This document shows positions 53,171 to 64,000 of a DNA stretch of 64,000 nt, piece by piece (position 1 is the stretch's first letter; every line of letters starts with the position of its first letter). The DNA lies in the NCBI GenBank assembly GCA_030141605.1, contig JAQGDQ010000038.1:372001-436000 (forward strand), read 5' to 3'. The notes beneath the pieces were generated by a model that ran no database searches, was not told where the DNA came from, and saw only the letters and a program-made list of their open reading frames with translations. Source of the stretch: Tubiluchus corallicola (lineage: Eukaryota; Animalia; Priapulida). The translations under genes were made by a program, and so were the position numbers.

Positions 53171-55425
53171 GTTTGGCACAATCGTAGATATATCTATTGT
53201 GTAATTTAGCCGGATTGAATTAAATTTGTTAGTTTGATAGAAGCGAGACAGACGGCGCCACTATAGAAAAAGCCATTAATTTTACTCATTTAGCGGTTTG
53301 CTGAACTCTGGCTAAAGTGTAATTTATTTTTATTTTTCACTATATTGTAGTGTAAACTGTATAGTGCCACTAATTTCATCAAGAAAAAAATATGTTTAGT
53401 TGATGATGAAAATCCCGTATTTTATTTGTTTTTACCGCTGCTGCTCGTTGAGGCACTTGGATTTAATGTCTGCGTATATATACGTCATGCGAGTTCAGTA
53501 AATGTAACGCACGGTAATTCCCTTGGTATAACGAAGTATATGTCTAGACCAAAGTCAGTCATTCAGCAAAAATTTAAACATGCCAATTATTCGATCATGT
53601 ACACAATTTTACGCGTTGGTCTTTCTGTACAAATACATTAACAATATTAGTGTACCTAGGGCTGGCTCCACAACTAGACAGTTGCCTAGGACGACAAATT
53701 CTGGAAGTAATTTTTTAGTTTTTAAGTTTAGCATAAGTAACGGGGTATAGTTGCTTAAGTGCACAACATTTTAATTAAACGAAAGGAACTATTTACAATA
53801 TTTTCTAGTAAAAATGTATGATTCATCGGCATTAATGCATAGCTTCCCTCAGCAAAACACTTTCTACTTTTGCTTTACTTGGCTTATTAAGATTATTATA
53901 TCATTTCATGCAGGTATAACTGATGGATAACCAAGCTGTTTTCCACAGTTTATATTGTATGCATAATGCAGCAGAGAAAATAACGGCTTCTTTCCTTAAT
54001 AAAAAAGTTTGTTGCAAAAGCATTTATCTAAATATAGCAGATAAACCTTTGAGAATCGAAAACTTTCAGAATAAAAGGTAAAATGTTTAATTTAGTTCAA
54101 TTTTTGAATTGGGGTTAGTTGGAGGAACGGGGAATGAAAAACCCCCAAAAATGACCGTTTTTTGCAAATTTTACATCTGTTATTTCTAGGGAATGGGAAT
54201 GCACTGTAGGCGGTGCTTATAATGACTGGATAGCCCATTCAACGATGGGTATTATAGGGGACATTTAGAATTCTTGGGAGAACCATGGCTTCCCACAATT
54301 GAACCACCTGATTTTTTATGAAATTTTGACTGAACATTGTGTAGAAAAATCATTCTAGCGGCACTTGGTGGGGTCTTTGAAGGAGATTTATAATTATTTA
54401 GTGAGATGAATAACGTGTTACACAATGAGGTGGGTAACCTTTTAGGATGCCTTCGCCAGCAGAAATGGCCACGAGTTAATTGAAAGTTTCATCTTGAAAG
54501 ATTGTTCAACCCATTGTACCATGCCTATAGATAACTTTTGCTCATTTGCTCATCTGTGGGCATTGCATTAGGTAAATCTGATAATATCTAGCAGCTTATT
54601 ATAAGTGCAAGGAGGGTATATGAGCACTGCATATATGATGTTCACGCATTTTTGTTTATTTAAGTGCATTTATAAGCAAAATGTTTTGCGGGGAGCTTGA
54701 CTAATAATAAATAATTTGGTATGCTTTGCATACCATGATAATAGTAATCGCTACTGAATCACATAACTCTAGCATAGCGAGCCCTGCACTTGATTCCACT
54801 GGATAAAATTCAAAACTACAATACCTTCATTTAAATGAGTTAAACCCCCTGCTGTTTTTCAGAGTTGGTTAGTGTTTTCAGCAAGACACATCTTTTTGAA
54901 TGAGAATGTGGAAATATTGCAAAATTACAGTAACGTGTTTATTTAAATACAGAAATTTATTTGGAATTTGATTTTGCCAACATTTTGCTAAATAGATTTT
55001 TGTATTGATTCTTTTAAATTTTTAAGTCTTTTCTTGTGACGTTAAAACATGTATAATTGCATGAATTAGGTTTTTTATCCTTTCTATTTTTTTAATTAAT
55101 TACATCTTTTTAAATGTTTTTCTTTTTATAATGTAAAGTGCAAAAAAGTAAAATGTTTTATGTATTGGTAGTGTTATATAAATGCTGTGTATAATAATAA
55201 TAATAGTAATTTGCATTTCAGTATTGTAAGTTTACAGCTTTGATCAGTCTTTCTAGAGGGCAAACACTAAATCACAGTAAATGTATAACATGTATTAAGA
55301 TGCTGGTGACTTATAAGTTCCTTAATTGTTCGTGATCTCATGTATCCGAAGGGAATCTTTAACATTGCATTTTTTGTTTTCCAGTGGTTTATATATGCAC
55401 AGTTAGTTGCATGATAAATTGAAAA

Positions 55426-58400
55426 ATGGGAGGAGGAGATGACGAATTAAACAATGCTAATAGCAAAGATGATACAGTTGCTGTAGTTGCCAAAGAAACT
55501 AAAACGTTAGAAGATGATGACTGGTGCATTGAATGTAGCGATGAAGAAATAGGTGATGTGGATCCACTTTATGGAAACTTCTGGCACCCAGATCCAAAGG
55601 ACATCATTGAACTTTTGCAAAGGATGACAGAGAATCCTGTGCTAGAGCTGGAATGGAAATGCCCACCGAGGTAAAGTGAAGTACTAGGACAATTAGCTGC
55701 ATATTTTACTTCTTATTCCTAAATACGAGAGATGCACAAGGCTACATACAGTGTTGGGTCAGTTACTTTAAAAGGCATTATAGTAAAAGGCGCTCATACT
55801 GTAATAACTTTAACTTTTAGAAAAAGTAGTTGCAACTACAATTACACCATGAAAGTAGTACCAGAGCCACTACTTTCGTTTTGCGATGACTTCAAGCATC
55901 GTTGATGTAAAACACTGCATACTGCAAAACTACACTTCAAGATATAGGTGATACGTTAAAAGGGTCTGTTAACAGTGGTAATCAAATTAATTGTATTAAG
56001 GTTCTAAGTATTTTATTTATGATTTAAACAGTCACTTACTAGTCATTCACACATTGTCAACATAATATTAAATTATTCATTACAATATTATTCATATGAC
56101 ACTATCTTATGCCATGCGATAAATTTTTGGGTGCCAAAGTTGCTGTCAATAAATAACAACTGTTAATTTTTGGGTGGAATATGTTTTTATATGTGCAAAT
56201 AACAGTGTCCATCAAGCCACGTGACTCATTAAAGTTTTGCTTTGCTATGCCCGAGATCATTACTATTTACATGTACAGAGTCATACAGCTGGCTAAACGT
56301 ATAGAAATTTGCAGCTGCTATGAAAACAACTCTCTACGCAGAACTGCAAGAATGAAATGTAGTGCTATAGTACCGTGACAGTGCTACTTAAAAAAGTAGT
56401 GAAATTACAATTTACCTCTATTCATTTTTAAAGTAGTGGGCGTTACTACAGCATCGCTAATTTAACTAATGGCACTGGCACTACAGTCTTCGCGCTACCA
56501 CCCAAGACTGACTGCATAAACACAAAACGAAAATACTGCTTTGTTACATGTAGTTGGTTACTGTATTAGCAAACTGCAAAATTAAATGGATGATAATGAA
56601 TGTGTATAAATGATGTCTTGTTCATCATTATAATTTTTTATATGTACAACTTGACGTTTTGCAAACTGGCATTCAGCATACAGTGGCCTTCTTTATGTAG
56701 ATGGTTTTGGATGTTAGTAGATAGTTGTAGTAATTCCAAAATGTAGCTAAACATCAATGGTTAGCCTTTGAGATAAGACACCAAATCAGCAACTAGGTGT
56801 TCTAGCTATGCTTTCACATATAAAGTGTCTGAATGGGAGGATCTCCTTGCAATATGATTAACGAAACTGCTCAAAGGCAGATTTCGTGGTGGATGCCTGT
56901 CCATCTACTAGAGAAGCATGGTACTGCTTAATATTCATAACCGAGCGAGCTATGCTTTGACCATTCAATTATTGCCTTTGCCCCAAGAACATTTTGCTTA
57001 AAAAATTTTAAACAGGGCAGAGCCCTATGTACGTAGTTAAACCTTTTCTGTGCGCTTAGCCTTGTTTAAGCAAGATGTATCTGCATTAATGATTAAGTAT
57101 GCTCAGAATCATTAATAAGAAAGTTTTAGGAAAATGACAAAAATATAGGATGGTTTAAACAAATACTAACATTTCTCAAGCAAAATAAAACTAGAGAAAA
57201 GAAAAGGTTGAATTATTACTGATGTGCTTTATGCAACATTATTATAATGCGACAACTTGCCAAATAAGGAGTTTTTTTTAAATATTATAGTAGTTTATAT
57301 GTTTTCACTTTATTAATCCTCTTGCAGAAGACCTCCAACACCCGATGAGCCGGAACCAGAACATATGGAAACCCATGTAAAGGAAGATGATAAGTAAGTA
57401 CTCTTGCTACCTTCTAATCATTTTCTAGAAAACATACATAGACAGTGGTGACTTACCAACAGTTTACCACTCTATTTGAAACAGCCAATAGAGCAACATA
57501 AAAAACTGGATAAAGGGGCAAACCACATAAATGTGGCTTTTGCTACTGTGATCTCTTAGGCAGTATTTTTAGACATAGACATGGATATTGGTTATTCCAT
57601 GGTTAGGTTATTCCATACCTGTGAGTAATATGAGGATTGTACAGTTTTATATATTATACAGTTCTGTCCAGTTAAAGTACGTTACATTAAAAATACAGTT
57701 TCATACAGTAGTAACACACTATTAGATTTTACTGATATTGGCATCTTATTTCATTAAATAGACCAGAGAGAGACATTTGCGATAGAGCATGAGCCACATG
57801 TGAAAAATACAGTTATATACTGAAATCTTGTTGCATTATATTGCTGACATTTATTTGTTTCATTAAACAGACCAGAAGAGCCAACCGAATTTGATTTTGA
57901 TGAATTTGACGATGATGCCGATGATGCTCCTATCACTCCTCGGAGAACGCCAGGTAACTATGTGAATGTATTAGGTGTAAAAAAAATAAAATTTGCATGC
58001 AAAAACTTTTCCCCATGGTGAAACAAGTTTTTAATGCTAGTTGTCATGTTGTTTGTAAATAATTTTTTTAGATAAGCATCTAAGTAGTTTGTTTTTTAAA
58101 AATTGTACATTAAGTAGCTAAGTCTCTTCTTTGCTTAAAAGGTTAGATTTGTTGTCCAAACTGGCAAATAAGTACGAAGAAACTATTCGTTCAGTACCAG
58201 CATAAACTTCTGTAACTGAGCAATTAGGGATAGCAAGACAACTTTCTGGACATTAAATTTTTTGCATTTAATAATTGTTCTTCCAGTAGAATAGTGTGGT
58301 TTTCAAGTTTAAAAAAAAGATGAAATGGCTCATAAAAGTTAAAATGTTCTCCGTATTAAAGCCTACTCCTGTTTGTGCACTTTTATGTTATCTCTTAGTT

Positions 58401-59737
58401 GTTTTGTGCTTGTGTCTTGGGTTCTGAAAATCAAAATCTTATTAAAAGTCATACACAAAGAAATTTCTAGCAATTTGTGATTGTAATTACCTTTATTTTG
58501 TCTAGGTGGAGCACGATTAAAAAGCACTCAAAAGAGAGTTGCTAGTTTGAGCAGAGTTTTGGGTGACATTGCTCGATTCAAAAGGATAGACGAACAACAA
58601 ATGCAGAGCAAAATGGCTGAGTCTCAGGAAAAAGAACAGCTGCTACCGGGAAAAAATGAAGTGACTGTAACATCAAGTGAGCACAAAAAAGTTATGAGTG
58701 TTTCTGATGTGCCGTCGGTGAGTAAAGAACTTCCTCAAAATGCAAGAGTTTCCACTGAATCACATCACTTGCCAAGTGAACATTGTACTCCTGATCGCGT
58801 AATGGAACACAGTTCTTCTCGAGAAGGTGACAATATGGAGATCATAAACCAACTCCCATTTGTTGGGCATTCTAGTCCTCGACAATATAGTGCTCATAGT
58901 CTGCGCCATTCTGGCTCTCAAAGTCCCCGGCAATCTCCCAGACAATATCCAGATAATCATCCTATGGATCGTTCAATTGGACACAGTCCTCGGCAGTCTG
59001 GTGGATACAGTCCACGTCACTCGGGACCTCCTCAAAGTCCACGTCAGTTAGGGCTTCAGAGTCCCCATAGTCCCCGTCTTCCGGGACACCAAAGTCCTCG
59101 ACAATCATCTAATCAAAGTGTTCAATCTGTGGATCACAATGCTCACATTTATATGGAACATTCAGGCCACAAACTTGGCAATCAAAGTCTAAGGCAAACC
59201 GGAAGTCACAGTCCTCGTACAGAGCTTGGAAGTTCGCGCCAGTGTATTGCGCATAGTCCGCGTACGTCTGGGCAAAGTCCTCGACAGATGCTTGAATTTC
59301 CCATGAGACAGTATGGTGGACATTCCCGTTTGCAAATGGGTTTGCCGGGTGAGATGCATCAAGCTACTACACACAGTCCGAAAGGCGGACAAAACATTTA
59401 TGGCACTTCTGTGCATTTGCCTAGCAGTCAACTACAGCAGGGACACAGTCCTGGCAGAAACCAAAGTCCTGGTTCAATGAGTCCACGGCAGACAGGTTTA
59501 AGTCCTAGTCACAGTAGTTCTATGAGCCCTCGTGGTAGTCCCCGACTTGGCAGATCTCAAAGTCCTCGCCAGATTCCAACAGGCAGTAGTAATGTCACTA
59601 ATCCGCAGACCGGGTTGCCTGCTGAATCTTTAGCTAGTGAGAGGATAAGATATGAGATGATTGAAATGCATAAACGTCAAACTGGAGCACTGCAGCAGCG
59701 TCCGCCTCCTCCTGATAATGATCCTTATGCTTTCTAA
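55426..59737 (+). CDS. PAGR1: PAXIP1-associated glutamate-rich protein 1 (PA1) with long SPR-rich C-terminal extension, 541 aa
   Basis: Exons 55426-55670, 57328-57393, 57871-57953 and 58506-59737 sum to 1626 nt. Motifs DDWCIECSDEE, W.P.P..I..L, LELEWKCPPRRPPTP, PTEFDFDE, RRTPG and QKRVASLSRVLGDIARFKR match PAGR1. Confidence 0.92.
55749..56510. mobile_element. hAT-type MITE in a PAGR1 intron
   Basis: Termini CAGTGTTGGGT...ACCCAAGACTG, imperfect 8-bp duplication GCTACATA/ACTGCATA, and subterminal GTAGT/ACTAC motifs. Confidence 0.72.
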
Positions 59738-62700
59738 AACAGCTGCTTGTGTTTTGCTTATTAATCTTTCTAAATGCCGTGCAAATGATCGGCTAGAGAT
59801 TATTATCCCCTGTGACAAATGCAGTCTGTCTTGTTGTAACAATTATCATGAGAAATTTACTTGCTTTTCTCAAATGACATAAACTTATGAGCTGCTCTGC
59901 TAGTATGATATCACTTGAGTTACTCATAAGAAAAATTAAACTAAGTAAAGTTGTAAATTAATAAGTGTAAAAAGTAAACATGTAAAAAGTTTAAAAAATA
60001 TATTAATAATACACTAGTTTCTTTGAATTCAATCAGAGTTTTAGTAGGTGGTAATAGCAGTGTTGTTAAAGTCATAGTACATTATGTGTAATGTGGTTGC
60101 ATTTATCATCAAAGAGAATGAAACACGAAAATCTGGCACCCTCTTATAAATGCTAAATTTTAGTAGCAAAAATAGTTGTTGCATTTTTGCATATAATTTA
60201 TGTAGTGCTTAACATTGAAGCGAGTGAATTTTTGAAAATTACCTATAAAATATTATGAGTACTTCATGCACAATTTATGCAGTATTATAGATAAGTCATT
60301 TGTGTGTGATCGCATAAGGTTTTTGTGATAATTTTTATGCTATGGGTAATTAAAGAGCTGCTGCTATTCCTTAGTATTATGCTGTTTGCATGTGATTGTG
60401 ATTGATTGCTTTTTGGCATGTTATAGTGACAAAACTATTAAGCTTAGTTATTCCTTTATTGCATTGTAAATCTGTACTGGGAAATTTGATGCATTACATA
60501 TACATCCGTGAAATAATTGGCATCTTTCCATACGTTAATGTATGACTACTCAACACAAAGTTTGTATTTCTTCTTGATGGATTTACTATCTTGTCATTTT
60601 GATGAATTTGCAGTTTTCCAAAGTGCCCCGACATGCATGGCCCAACATTTATTGGTTTTTGCATAAAATGTACAAAGCATTCACCTGAAAAGTTAATCAA
60701 GACTTTTAATCGTTGCTGTCCTGTTTCTTTGTATTTGTCATTCACAGCTGTATAGCTGGTTTGATGCACTTAATTTTATAATGTTTACACTAATTATTTA
60801 ACTTAATCCTGTGAACGATAACTGTGTCCACTGATTACAAAGTGTCATGCTTTGCTATAGGCTAACTTTCGGGTCTTGGATTTAGATCCTAAGAGCCTTA
60901 CCAGTCCTTTACCCTCGATCAACACTAGAGAAAGGTGGAAGACCATTTTAAATGAGGTTAGATGTTTTAGTAATACGAAGATGATGATGAATGTTTAAAA
61001 TTTTATAATCCACAGTTCTTTTTAGGACGTAACTGATATTGCTAAATACCGTAGTGAATGAAAAAATGCATAAACTGAAAAATTTTCAAATAATTTTAGA
61101 CAAAATAGGAGCTTTAGAAAATTGAAAGTTTACTATTACATGTATACCCTTTAAAAACCTTGACCTTCTAGATTTCATTGTCTCGGAATTAGGGAGGGTA
61201 GATCATGTACTTATCCACAAAATTGATCAGGAAGAGGCCGATGAAGATGGCAAGGACCGGCCGACAGGTAGTAGCCTGCAACAGCCGTACCGTTGGCAAT
61301 GACACATAGATCCTACTTTATGTTGTCCTTGCATACAGCTCAAGGAAAATTAAAACACCCTCACTTAATTTGATAAACAATCTTCAGGTGATACATACTT
61401 ATGTCTGATACAATAAAGTTTGTACTTATCAGTTTATGAAATGTCAGGGTGGAAGCTGCTGTCGAATTTAAATATCCAGTCTTTTCATGTCGGTAAAATT
61501 ACTCTTTACTGTTTCCTGGGTTCGGTGGCCGATTGGTCTAGACTACAGATTGCACACACGATTGGCCTTGGGTTCGGAACCAGCGCAGAACGATAATAAA
61601 TAAATTTCGTCTTTGTCTTTCAATCTTCAATAGTTGTTGAAAAGGAAGCATCCTTAGATATTCTTGAATCATAGAAGTGCAAGGAAAATTACTGAAGGCA
61701 TGTTTGGAACTATTAAAGTACATTATGACAGCACATTATGATAAAAACTTACGGCAGTCTAAAAAATATACACCTTTGTCAGAGGCCTCCTAGGCTTCAG
61801 CCTGTCTAGTCTATAAGTAAATTCGGCCCTGCAAATTTTGAATAGTCCCAAGTACGCTGTACTTTAGTTCCGAAGCATTAAATTTATTTGCATAATCTAG
61901 TATGCCCACGCGTACACTTATCCGCCGATCATTCTATGATTCTATCCTTTTAGCATGCTTACAATGCTTATCGTTTCAAAAGTAAAAGTTCTCGCGTCAT
62001 GCACATAAAAGATGGAAATGAAGCCATAATAAGATTACCGTGGGGATAACATATCAGTTAGTGCTTTTCTGAACCTTTATGGGTGTCTTTTGTTGCCCTA
62101 GACGTCTACTTGCCTGGATAATGTTTCTTTGATTAGCTGTCTGCTTTACCAATGTGATTATCAGGTACACCTGATGGTCTCAATTCACTGGTCGTGTTGT
62201 GTGTGGGATTCCTGACAAATGCTGCTGCAGAAATTATCTTCGTGTTGTTTTCTTGGAAATCAGAGATAGAGACTCAACTTGTAACACAATAAGGATTCAT
62301 TACGCAATATATATAATACTCATCTCGGTTTCCGTGTAGTCATATAAGAATAGTTATCACACTAGCCAGCATGTAAAGATTGTTGTATTGCATTTCGCCG
62401 TTGATTGTACTAGCATTTTTGTCTTCCTCATAACTCCTTTTTCCAATAAGTGTCCATTGTGTCGCCTTGTTTGCACTTGTAAGCCCTGATAACCCGGTTT
62501 GCGAATTGTCAATTTTAGTAGAAGTGTACAATTTAATACAGAAAACGAACGAGGACATATCGTCTTCAGATGTGAAATTTTGTACACACTTTTGTATATT
62601 TTAAATTATAGAATAAAACTTTCGACTTGGATCTATTTTTGCGCCAACGAAATCTACAAATAGTTCGTTTGTGTTTGACGAACAGCAATATTTTAAAACG

Positions 62701-62739
62701 TAGTTCCTCAGTTCATAATTAATAATTCCTAAATTTGTA

Positions 62740-63530
62740 AATTCCTAGATGTACTAGGATTACATTTTATAACAGCTACGTCAAACCTAAACTCGAGTAT
62801 TGTTCCAGCATATGGGGTAATTGCTCTCAAGCACTGTTCTCCAAAGCATTTCAGATCCAAATTTCAAAAACGGGCATTATGTTTGATCGTTAAAACTACT
62901 GAAACTCCAATTAATCAGTTGTTGTCGGATTCAAAACGGCTTTCTTTGAAAAACAGAGTCACTTATCATCAAGCAGTTTTGGTTTATAAATCTTTAAATG
63001 AATTAACTCCAGTTTACTTGAAAGAAAAGTTTACCTTTGTATCCGACATTAGTACCAGATCAACTAAATCTGCGCAGCAAAATAAACTGTATCTCCGGCG
63101 ACCCAAATAAGAAATGTATAAAAATTTAATAAGTCTATTCGGGGGTTCAAATCTGGAATGCATTGCCTGCCCATATTACTAGCCGTGAAAATGAACATTC
63201 CTTTAGAAAGGCATTGTTAAATTATTTGAGAAACAAAATGTAATTTTGTAGTATATTTTGTATAAACCTTTTTCGTCTTTAATAGTTCTTAATTTATTAT
63301 CCTTAAGCTCAAGTTTTTATATAATACGTTCAGGCTACTTTATTTATGTATTATTTTAATTACAGCATTTTTATTATTTTCCTTTATCTTTTATTTGTAG
63401 GCTCATATGATTTTGATTTACTTACCTTATTATATCGTACAGTACACATATTCTCTGTGGACCACTTAGGATATAACCGATATACGGTTAAAATGTTATC
63501 CACCTTAGAAAGGTTTTATTATTATCATTA
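62740..63530 (+). mobile_element. L2/Crack-like LINE 3' fragment
   Basis: ORF 62883-63110 reads L.LKNRVTYHQAVLVYKSLNELTPVYLKEKF...RST....KLYLRRPK, followed by IWNALP in a shifted frame. An AT-rich 3' UTR ends in TAT repeats. Confidence 0.75.
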
Positions 63531-63536
63531 TTATTG

Positions 63537-63619
63537 TAGTAGTAGTAGTAGTAGTGGTAGTGGTGGTGGTGGTGGTGGTAGTGGTAGTGGTAGTGGTAGT
63601 GGTAGTGGTAGTGGTAGTG

Positions 63620-63660
<41 letters not shown>

Positions 63661-63725
63661 TGTTGTTGTTGTTGTCGTTGTTGTCGTTGTTGTTGTTGTT
63701 ATTATATTATTATTCTTATTATTAA
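63537..63725. repeat. Compound trinucleotide microsatellite (GTA/GTG/GTT/ATT)
   Basis: Successive AGT, GGT, AGTGGT, TGT and ATT runs at the LINE tail; explains the Ser/Gly/Cys ORF 63346-63786. Confidence 0.95.
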
Positions 63726-64000
63726 TGTTTTAGTGTACCTGTGCAATTACAAAAATTCGACGTTATCACGTTTTTTGGAAACTTAGTACCGCTTGAGTTA
63801 GCTCGGATGCAGCTAGATTAAATGTCACTATAAAATTTGTCATGTTCTTTAATTGGAATTTTAGCAGGTTTTTGTGAATAGAAAACAAAATACATTGGCT
63901 TATTATTGGATAGGCTTACACAAATGGAGAGGGCGTCTATTTGTGCTAACATTTCGACTATAAAAGTATATACGTTTCTTATAGAAAACTAACTTGTTTC

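Noticed and set aside
63346-63786. 146-aa Ser/Gly/Cys-rich ORF resembling a structural or metal-binding protein
   Set aside because: It is a translation of a compound trinucleotide microsatellite at a LINE tail.

Overview
AT-rich, intron-containing animal DNA, most likely an invertebrate. Splice sites and reading frames were followed by hand, and seven protein-coding genes can be supported. They are: the 5' end of a p55-MAGUK/MPP7-like gene (minus, runs off the left edge); an intronless SNF-type U1A/U2B'' gene; an F-box/LRR gene; a 434-aa enolase; a divergent OPA3-like gene (minus); a ninjurin with long extensions; a PDGF/VEGF-family gene (minus); and a PAGR1 with a long Ser-Pro-Arg tail (eight loci counting the partial MAGUK). 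Intergenic and intronic DNA carries hAT-type MITEs, a TIR element with a 5-bp target duplication, CR1/L2 LINE remnants, a tandem array of tRNA-like units and microsatellites. The main finding is in the PDGF/VEGF gene. It has an in-frame, symmetric phase-1 exon (48572-48775), in a frame absent from the ORF track, that encodes a complete six-cysteine peritrophin-A (CBM14/ChtBD2) chitin-binding domain ahead of the cystine knot. This suggests a chitin-tethered growth factor whose anchor could be switched by splicing. All gene models are manual predictions with no transcript or database support.
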